DNA from: Candidatus Peribacteria bacterium
Lineage (GTDB): Bacteria; Patescibacteriota; Gracilibacteria; Peribacterales; Peribacteraceae
NCBI GenBank assembly: GCA_041691135.1
Contig: JBEPVF010000002.1
Span: forward strand, 32,001 to 96,000
Direction of reading: 5' to 3'
Length of the DNA: 64,000 bases
The position numbers and the translations under genes are program-made. Each line of letters starts with the position of its first letter. Positions within the stretch are counted from its first letter, which is position 1. Below the pieces are notes generated by a model. That model had not been told where the DNA came from, did not search any database, and saw nothing but the letters and a program-made list of their open reading frames with translations. Below, piece by piece: positions 1 to 11,619 of this stretch.

Positions 1-162
1 GCGACACTCGGTCGCGCCTGCTCCGTTGCGGGCATCAACATCCATAACATCTATGCCACGACATTTGGCAAAGAAGCGATGGTGTATGTATCAGTGGAAA
101 ACATCGAAGAAGCGGTGAAGGCGCTCAAGAAGTGGGAGGAGGTGCAGGGGAAAGTTGATTAA
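1..162 (+). CDS. 3' end of probable ACT-domain protein (partial)
   Basis: Frame 1 open to TAA at 160-162: ATLGRACSVAGINIHNIYATTFGKEAMVYVSVENIEEAVKAL; the 'AGINI..IY' pattern is typical of ACT domains. Confidence 0.55.
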   Translation, partial: ATLGRACSVAGINIHNIYATTFGKEAMVYVSVENIEEAVKALKKWEEVQGKVD

Positions 163-710
163 GAGGGAACCGAAGCAACCGATGAAACAGAGGATACGTT
201 CTACAGGTATCCAGAACGTTATTTTTACCATTTAGAAGCCAAAAAATCTGCTGTTATCTTTGTTACATATTCTTTTAGTCACACAAAGGAAAAAGTGTTG
301 AGTAGGATAAGGGCATGTCAGAAAACCATCATATTCGTCCGTATGAAAAGCTAATCGTATGGCGCGAATCGCATATATTATGTCTTCGTACTTATGAACT
401 AACTACAAAATTTCCTAAACACGAAAGATTTAGATTGGTCGATCAAATGTGCAGAAGTGCCTACAGCGCACCTATGAATATAGCCGAAGGAAATATGAAA
501 ATTTCAAGAAAAGAAAAACGTCGCTATTTCGAAATAGCCTTGGGATCCATTGAAGAACTGCACTATCAAATGTTTCTTGCGAGGGATCTCCATTACATTA
601 CACCTGAAGAATTCAAAAGCATTGATGACCACATCCAGCGCGTCAGTTATTTGCTCACAAAGTTGCGTTCCGCTTTTTCGTCGGTTGCCTCGGTTCCATC
701 GGTTTCCCTC
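163..710. repeat. Inverted arms of 9-bp tandem units flanking the four-helix-bundle gene
   Basis: 163-193 GAGGGAACC GAAGCAACC GATGAAACA GAGG; reverse complement of 680-710 is GAGGGAAACC GATGGAACC GAGGCAACC GAC. Confidence 0.8.
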
Positions 711-746
711 AACAGAACAACAAACTCCACTCAATCCACTATGTAA
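315..746 (+). CDS. Four helix bundle protein (23S rRNA IVP/bAvd-like family)
   Basis: YEKLIVW...FPKHERFRLVDQMCRSAYSAPMNIAEG...YFEIALGSIEEL matches the family signature. Confidence 0.92.
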   Translation: MSENHHIRPYEKLIVWRESHILCLRTYELTTKFPKHERFRLVDQMCRSAYSAPMNIAEGNMKISRKEKRRYFEIALGSIEELHYQMFLARDLHYITPEEFKSIDDHIQRVSYLLTKLRSAFSSVASVPSVSLNRTTNSTQSTM

Positions 747-2136
747 TAATCCCTTTTTCGTCGTGGCTTTCGCGGAAGAAGGCGAAGGCGATGTGGATTC
801 TGGGTTTTTCGGCGGCGAAGCGTTCGAGGATCGATGTGGTGATACGCGAGGTGACCGAACGGCGCTCGCCGATCGGGACGAGAAAACGTAATGTGAACAG
901 AACGCCGCGGTCACCTATTTCGAGGAATACGCGCGGACCATGGGATTCGCGGGAGAAGTAGAAATGATGCGTGCGGGCCGCCTGCTGACGCTGCGCCTTC
1001 TGGAAATAGGCATCTGTCTCTTCCTTCAAGACCTGTTCCACGATCGTCTGCCCGCGCTGCCAATCGCTCTCGATCATCACGTAAAACTGCATCTGCGTTT
1101 CCAGGAAATCGGATGTCGTATTGTAGTTGCGCACCGATTCGCGCAGCACGCACGAGTTCGGCACCAACACCGTTTTGCCGGTGCGATGAATGTCATCCTC
1201 CGCCCGCGACGCAACTTCCATCAATGTTGTCCGCAGCAATCCGATATCGATCACATCACCCGTCACATCGCCGATGGACACGCGGTGTCCCAGCGAGAAC
1301 AGGCGACGCTGCAGAATGATCGCCCATCCGACGATGTCTTTGAGCACATCCTGCAAGGCGACTGCGATACCGGCACCCACGATGGCGAAGGACGTAATGA
1401 TATCTGGATGCTCCGACGACAGTTTGATAATCAGCCACAAGCCCACCAGCACGTAGATCAGGCCGGTGTAGATCTTCATCACCGCGTAACGACGGTTACG
1501 ATTCTTGATGGCCCGGAAGAGCGTCGTGCGTCCCAGGCGTTCCAGGAAGATAATGACCACGATGACCAGCATGTACTGACCAATTGTGATGAGCAGCGAA
1601 AATTGTTCGATTTGCTGCTGTTGCGTCAGCTTCTGGAAACGTTCCTGATGAAGCTTGAGAAAGAACTCGGTCGACGCCAATCGCTCCTCCAAAATCGCCT
1701 GCTGAGCCAGGAATTCAGGGTAACTCGCAGTGATGCGTGTCGAACCCGATGCCGCCGGCCGGCTGGCATTCAAATAGTACGTGCTGTCGCCTTTCAGCAG
1801 ATCCATATCAACCTTCGCCGCTTCGTCCCGTGACTGAAGCATGGTGACGACCGCCCGTTCCTGTTCGTAGGGAGTTTGCGTCGGATTCTTCTCGCTGCTG
1901 AGCAACGCATTGATCGAGTTGTTCAGTTCGTCATCAATCAGAACGCGCAACCGTTCGCGTTCGGTTGTAATCTGCTGCTGCACATAGGTACTGGCCGGGT
2001 TGCGCTGCAACGAGCTATACAGCTGCACCAGACGTTGATCATTGATAGACGCACCTTGTGCCAGCGCCAGAGGCGAAAGAGCCATCTGTAACGCGATGAT
2101 AGAGAGAATGCCTACTTGGATCGCTTTTTGCCTCAT
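739..2136 (-). CDS. MscS-family mechanosensitive channel with N-terminal periplasmic helical domain
   Basis: Signal peptide, 3 TM helices, AGIAVALQD..DIVGW, FSLGHRVSIGDVTGDVIDIGLLRT, VPNS motifs. Confidence 0.9.
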   Translation of the reverse strand: MRQKAIQVGILSIIALQMALSPLALAQGASINDQRLVQLYSSLQRNPASTYVQQQITTERERLRVLIDDELNNSINALLSSEKNPTQTPYEQERAVVTMLQSRDEAAKVDMDLLKGDSTYYLNASRPAASGSTRITASYPEFLAQQAILEERLASTEFFLKLHQERFQKLTQQQQIEQFSLLITIGQYMLVIVVIIFLERLGRTTLFRAIKNRNRRYAVMKIYTGLIYVLVGLWLIIKLSSEHPDIITSFAIVGAGIAVALQDVLKDIVGWAIILQRRLFSLGHRVSIGDVTGDVIDIGLLRTTLMEVASRAEDDIHRTGKTVLVPNSCVLRESVRNYNTTSDFLETQMQFYVMIESDWQRGQTIVEQVLKEETDAYFQKAQRQQAARTHHFYFSRESHGPRVFLEIGDRGVLFTLRFLVPIGERRSVTSRITTSILERFAAEKPRIHIAFAFFRESHDEKGIIT

Positions 2137-2189
2137 ACAAGGATCATAGAGTAAATGGCGACTAAGTCATTCGTCTATAGGCTTTATAT

Positions 2190-2317
2190 GAAACCGACGG
2201 AACCGAGGCAACCAAGGAAACCGACGATTTTCAGATTGAAGATGCATCAGTGCAATAGACACTTCACGAAGAAATAAAAAGAAGCGTCATCGGTTTCTTC
2301 GGCGCCGTCGGTTCCCT
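2190..2317. repeat. Gene-less 9-bp-unit inverted-repeat element after the atpG stop
   Basis: GAAACC GACGGAACC GAGGCAACC AAGGAAACC GACG ... CATCGGTTTCTTCGGCGCCGTCGGTTCCCTC; same unit as 163-710. Confidence 0.8.
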
Positions 2318-3252
2318 CAATCCAATGCCGCCTTACTCGCCGACAATTCCGCCAGCTCAGCCGTAATATTTGCCTGACGGGTCGAGTTGTAGACCAGTGT
2401 CAGATCATCCAACAGTGATGATGCATTGTCGGTGGCGTTGCGCATGGCGATCATACGAGCCGAGTGCTCGGAGGCGACGGCCTCGAGTACCGCCTGGTAC
2501 ACCTGCACTTCCGTCAGCTGCGGCATGACGATATCGAGCACTTCCGTCGGCGACGGCTCGAATCTGTATTCCAGAATTTTGTCATGTGGCTGGGCCAGCA
2601 ATTCCTGTTCTTCGCGCGACAGACGGCGCTGTTGCTGCAGACCTTCGGTCATGTCGCGCATTTCGCTGCGCGAGAACGGCAGTAATACTTTAACGGTCGG
2701 TTCCTGAATTAAGGGAGAAATAAAATCGGTATAAATGAGCACGACATGATCGTATTCACCAGAAATGAAGCTATCGATGGCCAGGCGCGTGATGGGTAGT
2801 ACGTCGCGGAAAGACGGATTGTTCGAGAGTGCCGGGAAATTGGCGATGATGGGATGGCCCTGACGCTGCATGGCCTGATTCCCGCGTCTGCCGACGGTGA
2901 TGAAATCGATTTTCTCGAAGGTCGACAGTTCTTGTACGCCGCGCAGGTACTGTTGCGTGGCTCGCAGGAGAAGCGCATTCAAGCTGCCGCACATGCCACG
3001 ATCGGACGTGAAGATGATGCCGAGCACTTTCTGCACGGCCCGCGGCCGCAAAAATACATGCTCTTCGGCGTGCACTTTACCGATGGACAGGAGGATCTCC
3101 CACGCATTCAGCGCATAGCGACGCAGTGATTGCGCATTCTGCACGGCTTTCCGCATTTTGGATGCGGAGATCAGTTCCATCGCCTTGGTGACCTGGCGCG
3201 TGGACTTGTAGCCTTTCATTTTCTGCCGAATCTCGCGGAGACCTTTGGCCAT
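2317..3252 (-). CDS. atpG: ATP synthase F1 gamma subunit
   Basis: TKAMELISASK, SDRGMCG, ASEHSARMIAMRNATDNA, RQANITAEL. Confidence 0.98.
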   Translation of the reverse strand: MAKGLREIRQKMKGYKSTRQVTKAMELISASKMRKAVQNAQSLRRYALNAWEILLSIGKVHAEEHVFLRPRAVQKVLGIIFTSDRGMCGSLNALLLRATQQYLRGVQELSTFEKIDFITVGRRGNQAMQRQGHPIIANFPALSNNPSFRDVLPITRLAIDSFISGEYDHVVLIYTDFISPLIQEPTVKVLLPFSRSEMRDMTEGLQQQRRLSREEQELLAQPHDKILEYRFEPSPTEVLDIVMPQLTEVQVYQAVLEAVASEHSARMIAMRNATDNASSLLDDLTLVYNSTRQANITAELAELSASKAALD

Positions 3253-3287
3253 GAGTGAATGGAAAATTGAGAATTGAAAATTAACAA

Positions 3288-4877
3288 TTATTTCTTGCTC
3301 TTCTTTTTATCGTGCTTGGGTTCTTCCTTTGGCGCGACGTGTGCCGCTGGAGCCGGTGCATCGGCGCGGGCGAGTTCCTCTTTGAAAGATTCGAACAGAC
3401 GCTTGAGTTGGTCTTCGGCCTCGGGTTTGATTTCGAGATCGAGTACCGACAGAAGATCGTAATGACGCGTGCGGAGCGTTTCCAGGAAACGATCCATGGC
3501 CGCGCGCAATTGAGCTACCGGTATATCGTCGATGTAACCGTTGATCGCCACGTAGAGCATCGCCACCTGTTCACCCACGGACAACGGGTGATACTGGTTT
3601 TGCTTCAGAAGTTCGGTGAGTCGAATGCCGCGGTCGAGCTGCTTCTTGGTGGCGGCATCCAGATCGGATCCGAACTGGGCGAACACGGCGAGTTCACGGT
3701 ACTGGGCCAAGTCCAGGCGCAGGCGGCCGGCGACTTTCTTCATCGATTTGCGCTGGGCGGCGGATCCCACGCGGGACACCGACGTACCGACGTTGACCGC
3801 CGGGCGGATGCCTTTGTAGAACAGATCGCCTTCCAGGAAGATCTGACCGTCAGTGATGGAAATAACGTTCGTCGGGATGTAGGCCGAAATATCTCCGGCT
3901 TGGGTTTCGATGATCGGCAGAGCCGTGAGCGAACCGCCGCCGTGCTTCTCATCCAAACATACCGCGCGCTCGAGCAACCGGGAGTGCAAATAGAAGACGT
4001 CGCCCGGATAGGCTTCGCGTCCCGGCGGACGGCGCAAGAGCAGCGAGATCTGACGGTAGGCCCATGCCTGGCGCGAGAGATCGTCGTACACAATAAGAAC
4101 GTCTTTGCCCTGGTCGACGAAGTACTCGCCCATCGCGCAACCGGCGAATGGCGCGATGTACCACAAGGCCGCCGGTTCGGAAGCCGAAGCGCTGACGACG
4201 ATGGTGTATTCCATGGCGCCGTGCTTCTCCAGATCTTTGACGATCTTGGCCACGCGCGACTCCTTCTGCCCCACGGCAACATAAATACAAATGACGGGTC
4301 GGTCGGTCTGCTGTGTCTTCTTCTGGTTGATGATGGCGTCGATAGCCACGGCTGTTTTGCCGGTCTGGCGATCGCCGATTATAAGCTCACGCTGGCCGCG
4401 CCCGACGGGAATCATGGCATCGATGGCAGTGATGCCGGTCTGGAGCGGTACAGTAACCGATTTGCGTTCGATAACGCCCGGCGCGATCTTCTCGATCGGA
4501 TACAGCGTCTTGAGGTTGAGCGGTGATCCGCCGTCTTTGGCTTCGCCGAGGGCGGAGACGACACGACCGATCATGGCATCGCCTACCGGTACCGAAAGTG
4601 TGCGGCCGGTGGCCTTTACCTGATCGCCTTCTTTGACCAGGGTGTAATCACCGAACACGATGGCGCCAACCGAATCCTCTCCCAAGTTGAGAGCGCTGCC
4701 GAAGACACCGTTGCCGAAGTCGATCATTTCGGACGCACCGATACTCGAGAGGCCGGAAATTTTGGCGATACCGTCGCCGATCTGGATGACCGTCCCGACG
4801 TGCTCGTGCTGCACCTTCGGCGTGAAGTGTTTGATACGATCTTCGAGGGTCTTCATGAGGGTGTCACTGAGAGTCAT
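3288..4877 (-). CDS. atpA: ATP synthase F1 alpha subunit
   Basis: [38 protein letters not shown]. Confidence 0.99.
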   Translation of the reverse strand: MTLSDTLMKTLEDRIKHFTPKVQHEHVGTVIQIGDGIAKISGLSSIGASEMIDFGNGVFGSALNLGEDSVGAIVFGDYTLVKEGDQVKATGRTLSVPVGDAMIGRVVSALGEAKDGGSPLNLKTLYPIEKIAPGVIERKSVTVPLQTGITAIDAMIPVGRGQRELIIGDRQTGKTAVAIDAIINQKKTQQTDRPVICIYVAVGQKESRVAKIVKDLEKHGAMEYTIVVSASASEPAALWYIAPFAGCAMGEYFVDQGKDVLIVYDDLSRQAWAYRQISLLLRRPPGREAYPGDVFYLHSRLLERAVCLDEKHGGGSLTALPIIETQAGDISAYIPTNVISITDGQIFLEGDLFYKGIRPAVNVGTSVSRVGSAAQRKSMKKVAGRLRLDLAQYRELAVFAQFGSDLDAATKKQLDRGIRLTELLKQNQYHPLSVGEQVAMLYVAINGYIDDIPVAQLRAAMDRFLETLRTRHYDLLSVLDLEIKPEAEDQLKRLFESFKEELARADAPAPAAHVAPKEEPKHDKKKSKK

Positions 4878-4898
4878 AAACGGAGGAAGAAAAAGACA

Positions 4899-5321
4899 TC
4901 AGACGGATAAAGAGGAGGACAGGAGCGTGAAACACTCCTTAAGATAAGCAAGGGAGGATGGAATACTGTTTTCAAACCGCTCATCGCCCACGCACAGAAC
5001 AACACCGCCCTTCAGCGAAGAGTGTGCTTGTTGTTCCAGCGTCACGGCAGTTCCCAAAGCGGACTCGATAATGTGTGCAATCTCGCCGACTGTTTTCTCT
5101 CCCGCTTGTCCGGAGGGAGTAATGAGCGCGGCACTGACAGACATTTTTCGACGGCGTGCGGTGCGTTGTACGATCTGCAAGAACGAACGCGGCGAGGTGG
5201 CCGGATGCTCTTTTTTCAGCAACTGTAAGGCAAGATCGCATATTGCCGACAATTGGTCGGGAGGGAGCTGTCCGCTCACATCCACCAATGCGGCCGCCAA
5301 TGCTTCGGGTTTCAGAATCAT
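4899..5321 (-). CDS. atpH: ATP synthase delta subunit (short, divergent)
   Basis: Lies between atpF and atpA; C-terminal SLKGGVVLCVGDERFENSI resembles the OSCP/delta motif. Confidence 0.8.
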   Translation of the reverse strand: MILKPEALAAALVDVSGQLPPDQLSAICDLALQLLKKEHPATSPRSFLQIVQRTARRRKMSVSAALITPSGQAGEKTVGEIAHIIESALGTAVTLEQQAHSSLKGGVVLCVGDERFENSIPSSLAYLKECFTLLSSSLSV

Positions 5322-5824
5322 GACAGGAGTTGCGGGAGGTTCTTCTGAAGATCAGCCAAAATGCGCTTCTGGTCGGCTTCGGTGAATTCACGGTCAAGAA
5401 TTTTTTCAGTCGCCTTCATGACGACAGTAGCGACTTTTTCCTGCACTTCGATCAGCGCATGCTGACGTTCGTCATCGAGCTGCTTTCGTCCCTTCTGCAG
5501 GATCTGATCAGCCTGATGCTGAGCTGTCTCGGTAAGTTGTCCGCGCATGGCTTCGGCATCTTTGCGGGCACGACTGAGGAGTTCGCCGGCTTCTTCATCG
5601 GCTTTGCGAAGGACGTCGGCACGCGACCGTTCCATCTCTTCTTTCAGGCGATCGGCCTCGCGCGCGTTTTCAATCGTCTTCTTCACCATCATCCGCCTGG
5701 TCTCGATCAGATTCAGGAGCGGGCGGTACAGGAATTTTTTCAGGATAAACAAGATGATGCCGAAGTTGACCACTTGCGCGAGCAGGAGCGACCAATCGAT
5801 GCCTAGAGTGTGCAGAATTTCCAT
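5318..5824 (-). CDS. atpF: ATP synthase F0 b subunit
   Basis: LGIDWSLLLAQVVNFGIILFILKKFLYRP followed by a coiled coil. Confidence 0.97.
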   Translation of the reverse strand: MEILHTLGIDWSLLLAQVVNFGIILFILKKFLYRPLLNLIETRRMMVKKTIENAREADRLKEEMERSRADVLRKADEEAGELLSRARKDAEAMRGQLTETAQHQADQILQKGRKQLDDERQHALIEVQEKVATVVMKATEKILDREFTEADQKRILADLQKNLPQLLS

Positions 5825-5852
5825 GGAGGAAGAGTGGGATGAATCAAAACGC

Positions 5853-6167
<315 letters not shown>

Positions 6168-6989
6168 TCAGAGCGCCTCCGCCATATCCTGCGCGTGTCC
6201 TTCGTGCATCTGTTCATTATCATCATGCTCATGATGCGGCGTCACGGCCATTTTAAGGAAGACGAGGGTGAGGAGCGAGAATACCAATCCCTGGATGACT
6301 CCGACGAATAACTCCATCGCCAGGAACGGCACTGGAGCCAAATACGGAACAAGATATGAGATGACTGTGAGCAGCACTTCACCGGCAAAAATGTTGCCGA
6401 ACAAACGAAAGGTGAACGAGATGATGCGCGAGAATTCGCTGATGATCTCGAGCAGTCCGACGAACGTGCCGATCGGCGATTTCCAAGGCGCGACGATGAA
6501 CTTTCCGGCGTAATGGCTGAATCCCAGTTCGAACATGCCGTACACCTGCACCGAGAAGATGGAGATGATGGCGATGGCCAGGGTCATGTTCACGTCGGCG
6601 TTCATGGAACGAAACAGCGGAACTTTTACCGCATGTCCTTCGTGCATCATGTTCAGCACGATACTGCCCACGCCCGGTAGAATACCCATCCAGTTGCCGA
6701 GGACGATGAAGATCAGGATGGTCGCCACGAACGGGAAGAACCGCTTTGCCTGCTGCGCGTTCTGGATCACCGATGCGAAGAAGTCGTACAGGCCTTCAAC
6801 CAGAATTTCCATTAACGCTTGAAATCGTCCGGGCATCAGCTTGTAACCGGTGGCGCGCAACGACAGACAGATAAGAATCAACATGGCCATGGCCAGCCAG
6901 GCCATGAGCATCGTATTGCGCACTTCAAAGTTTCCGATCATGAAGATCGTTTCGGAAGCCAGTGTGGGAGCGTTAAAATTGGCAGCCAT
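6168..6989 (-). CDS. atpB: ATP synthase F0 a subunit
   Basis: ISFTFRLFGNIFAGE, ELFVGVIQGLVF. Confidence 0.98.
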   Translation of the reverse strand: MAANFNAPTLASETIFMIGNFEVRNTMLMAWLAMAMLILICLSLRATGYKLMPGRFQALMEILVEGLYDFFASVIQNAQQAKRFFPFVATILIFIVLGNWMGILPGVGSIVLNMMHEGHAVKVPLFRSMNADVNMTLAIAIISIFSVQVYGMFELGFSHYAGKFIVAPWKSPIGTFVGLLEIISEFSRIISFTFRLFGNIFAGEVLLTVISYLVPYLAPVPFLAMELFVGVIQGLVFSLLTLVFLKMAVTPHHEHDDNEQMHEGHAQDMAEAL

Positions 6990-6995
6990 GGGAAC

Positions 6996-7352
6996 TTATG
7001 GTTTAAATTTGAAAGAATCGTGGAATTCCTCACTCTCGGCATGATGTTCCGCATCCACATCGGGCGGTTTGGGCATGTACTTAGGAAGGCGGCGAGTGAT
7101 TTGTCGGATCTTGCTGGCAATCGACAGGAACGAGATGGCGAAGGCCAAGACTATTCCGAGGAGGAGGAAAATCGGCGACGTGTGCAACCAGCGGTCGGTA
7201 TACGCACCACCCAGCGAGAAGATAACGGCCGGAATGGCGATCGTGTAACCCATTTCCCATGCCAAGCCGAGGCCGATCCACGTACTTTCGTTGGGAGGCG
7301 TTTCGCGCACTTCGGGAGCAGGGGCCGGTGTTTGAGGAGTATCGGGTGTCAT
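6996..7352 (-). CDS. AtpZ/AtpI (AtpQ-like) family protein
   Basis: Two TM helices, G.Y.DRWLHTSPIFLLLG motif, directly upstream of atpB. Confidence 0.85.
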   Translation of the reverse strand: MTPDTPQTPAPAPEVRETPPNESTWIGLGLAWEMGYTIAIPAVIFSLGGAYTDRWLHTSPIFLLLGIVLAFAISFLSIASKIRQITRRLPKYMPKPPDVDAEHHAESEEFHDSFKFKP

Positions 7353-7358
7353 GGGCGA

Positions 7359-7778
7359 TTAAATCGAACGGCGACGGCGCGCACGGAAGCGGCGGACACT
7401 GAGCAGACGGGCGAGTTCGCGGTCGAGCAGAGCGGTCGCCTCGGCAAAATCCTCCGAATCTTCGCGACGCTGTTCGCGCAGTTCTTCGGCACGCTTCTTG
7501 GCGATCTCGATGGCCGTTTCCTCCATCGTTTCGGGACGGTCGGCAATGTCAGACAACACGCGAACCATGCCGCCTTCGACCTGCACCACGCCACGCGCGA
7601 CGGCAAAGTACTGTTCATCGGCACCGTTGCGGATGATCACCGTGCCCGGCTCCACCGTACTGATAATCGGAATATGATGCGGCAGCACCGTGATTTCGCC
7701 AAGGCCGGTCGGCAACGTGACGGAATCCGTCTCGCCGCTGAATGCGGAACCCTCTGGTGTGATCAGTTCAATATGCAT
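7359..7778 (-). CDS. atpC: ATP synthase F1 epsilon subunit
   Basis: ITPEG, GEITVLPHHIP, C-terminal helical hairpin. Confidence 0.96.
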   Translation of the reverse strand: MHIELITPEGSAFSGETDSVTLPTGLGEITVLPHHIPIISTVEPGTVIIRNGADEQYFAVARGVVQVEGGMVRVLSDIADRPETMEETAIEIAKKRAEELREQRREDSEDFAEATALLDRELARLLSVRRFRARRRRSI

Positions 7779-7801
7779 TGATACGAATTGCTAGTTGAGA
7801 A

Positions 7802-9235
<1,434 letters not shown>

Positions 9236-9396
9236 TCATATACAGGATATACAAGAGGGATACAAGGCTCTAAGAGGCGACTTTGCTGAGAATTATCGAT
9301 GTCTGAGCGACATGCGTTGAGAGAAAATTTGCAGCATGGCGCTGCCGCTTTCTGCGCGGTTGGTGGAAGCTGGTCGATTCATCGCTGAGGGGTGCT

Positions 9397-9491
9397 CCCT
9401 CACCCCGGCCCTCTCCCTCCTTGCCCACGCCGCAAAGGGAGTTATGACAGTTCGCGCATTACTCAGCAACAGAAACCTGCCGGGAGAGGGA
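9397..9491. repeat. REP-like palindrome CCCTCACCCCGGCCCTCTCCC...GGGAGAGGG
   Basis: Arms at 9397-9417 and 9482-9491; a widespread intergenic palindrome type. Confidence 0.6.
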
Positions 9492-9542
9492 GGTGTGTGC
9501 TCTATGTGTGTTGTGCCTAACGAAGCTCTCTCAAATAGTTCT

Positions 9543-9806
9543 AGGCGGCTACAGCCGCCGAGCCTCTTCGCACGTTCGCTATTCCAGGGAACAGTCCCTC
9601 CACCTATGTGGTGGGGATAGGTGGTTACGAACTGTGTCACAGCAAGCCGTTAGGCGCTGTGAGACAGTGAGGTGGGTCATAGGCGGTGCGCTTCTTTTTG
9701 GTTCTTTTTCTTGTCGCGGGGAGACAAGAAAAAGAACACCAGTGGTGATTGGGAAGGTTGGTGCTGAGGAATACCTCAGACACCGCAGCCGGGGACGGCT
9801 GCTGCT
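9543..9806 (+). repeat. 264-bp structured repeat, copy 1 (MITE-like or ncRNA)
   Basis: Colinear with 54450-54713; several hairpins, one with compensatory changes between copies. Confidence 0.88.
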
Positions 9807-9839
9807 GCAGAAATAGAAACAATTGAAGCGCTTGAATCC

Positions 9840-10469
9840 TTATCCTCGCCTTCTCTGTCTCCACCATTCAATCACCGGCGGCAAAAGGGAAAGGAAGATG
9901 ATCGCAAAGATGACGAGTGTAAAATTGTGTTCGACCGCCGGAATCGTTCCGAAGTAGAACCCGGCGAAGACAAAGAGGCCAACCCAGGCCAGACCGCCGA
10001 CAATGTTATAGAAGGAGAACGTCTGCCACGACATCGATCCGATGCCGGCGACGAAGGGAGCGAAAGTGCGAATGATGGGCATGAAGCGCGTGATGATAAT
10101 CGTCTTGGCGCCGTACTTCTGGTAAAAGGCATGCGCCTTCAAAAGATAATCTTTGCGGAGCCAGCGGTGCTGCTCACTGAAGACGCGCGGACCGATGTAC
10201 GCGCCAATACCGTAGTTGACGGTGTTCCCGGCGATCGCGGCGATGCTGAGAAGAAGAAACAGAAGCGCGGGATGGAACGAACCTTTGGCGGCGAACGTAC
10301 CGGCTGCGAAAATAAGCGAATCACCGGGCAGGAAGGGCGTGACCACAAAGCCAGTTTCGGCGAAGATGATCAGAAAGAGAAATGCATACGTGAGCGCCCC
10401 GTACTGGGCGATAACACCGGCAAGATGCGTATCGAGATGCAGAAACAGATCAATGAGAGAGTGCAGCAT
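9840..10469 (-). CDS. dedA: DedA family protein
   Basis: FAETG..PFLPGDSLIFAAG, RFMPIIRTFAPFVAG. Confidence 0.95.
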   Translation of the reverse strand: MLHSLIDLFLHLDTHLAGVIAQYGALTYAFLFLIIFAETGFVVTPFLPGDSLIFAAGTFAAKGSFHPALLFLLLSIAAIAGNTVNYGIGAYIGPRVFSEQHRWLRKDYLLKAHAFYQKYGAKTIIITRFMPIIRTFAPFVAGIGSMSWQTFSFYNIVGGLAWVGLFVFAGFYFGTIPAVEHNFTLVIFAIIFLSLLPPVIEWWRQRRRG

Positions 10470-10478
10470 GGAAAAATG

Positions 10479-11474
10479 TTACGAAACGGCGGACCGCGAT
10501 TGGGCCAGTGCCCGACAGTGCGTGCGGTGCAGACAAAAGAAGGATTTATGACCGCGATGATGCGCATGATACTCGTTGATACCGAGGATGATCGTCGCAA
10601 GGCCGAGCGGCAGAAAATAATACATCACGCGGTAGGCGATCAGGATGCCGAGCAACGTCGCACTCGGATAGACATGCGCGAGCAGGAGCAGCATCACCGC
10701 TTCGAATACGCCGATACCGGCCGGCGCCTGACTCGCCTGCCCGGCCAATTGGGCCAGCAGATAAAAACCGACGAAACCGACATAGCCCAGTACCGGTGAA
10801 GCAGGCAACAGCAGATACAAGGCGGTGCTCGCTAAAATCCATTCGAGTGATGACAGAAGAATCTGTTGCACTGATAGCCGGAGAGACGTGCGTGGCAGCG
10901 CGTGTCCCAGAACATGAAGCGGCTCTTTGCGGACAATGTTCCACAGCAGGTAACCGGCGATGAGGACCAGGAACATGAGACCAAGCGGCCGTACCGAGCC
11001 GAACGGAATATGCAGAATAGCCGGTATCTCCAGCGGCTCGATACTAAAGATGACGCCCGCAAGCATCATGTAGCCCAGAACGAATGTGAGATTGCAGAAC
11101 AGGACCATCGTCGTCACTTCCATTGCGGTGAGTCCCCATGTTGCGTACACCCGATAGCGGATTGCCGAGCCGGTGAGGAGGTTAATATTCGCGCTGTACG
11201 TATGACCTATAAAGGAGGCGACGGCGGTTTTGGTGTACGACAGATGTTTGCCAATATACTTAAGTGACAGTATTTCGAAGCCGGTCAGAACCACGTAATC
11301 GACTGCGATGACAAACAGGCTGAACAGAAAGCGATGCGGCGGAATCAACTGCAGATCGGCCAGCACATCGACCAGATGATAGTTGCGCAACTGGTACCAA
11401 ATAATCCACAGCGCCACCGCGAAGATCAGAAAGCCGAACACCGAACTGAGGACATGAACGAAGCGCTTCGCCAT
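10479..11474 (-). CDS. Lysylphosphatidylglycerol synthase TM / MprF-flippase-like membrane protein
   Basis: GSAIRYRVY..WG, PAGIGVFE, YRVMYYFLP; start taken at ATG 11474 (MAKRFV). Confidence 0.85.
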   Translation of the reverse strand: MAKRFVHVLSSVFGFLIFAVALWIIWYQLRNYHLVDVLADLQLIPPHRFLFSLFVIAVDYVVLTGFEILSLKYIGKHLSYTKTAVASFIGHTYSANINLLTGSAIRYRVYATWGLTAMEVTTMVLFCNLTFVLGYMMLAGVIFSIEPLEIPAILHIPFGSVRPLGLMFLVLIAGYLLWNIVRKEPLHVLGHALPRTSLRLSVQQILLSSLEWILASTALYLLLPASPVLGYVGFVGFYLLAQLAGQASQAPAGIGVFEAVMLLLLAHVYPSATLLGILIAYRVMYYFLPLGLATIILGINEYHAHHRGHKSFFCLHRTHCRALAQSRSAVS

Positions 11475-11619
11475 AGGAGAGTGGAGAGCACAGTATAAGA
11501 AATGTGTTCTATCCTCAAGAATGATGGAAGCCACAAACCCGTATTTTCGCTTTCAAAATGGTTTTACGGCGATAGCGCCTCAAAGAATCGAATTGACTCT
11601 TAGTCCATTGTGATTCGTA

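Noticed and set aside
315-746. Diversity-generating retroelement (Avd-like gene)
   Set aside because: No reverse transcriptase and no TR/VR pair with adenine-specific mismatches seen in the window
3312-4526. Long antisense ORFs (404 aa here; also 940..1833 and 60562..61761) and the alternate-frame ORF 36313..37629
   Set aside because: Shadow frames of well-supported genes, caused by codon bias
9293-9816. ORFs over the structured repeat (also 54399..54860)
   Set aside because: Reading frames are not conserved between the two copies, whereas base pairing is
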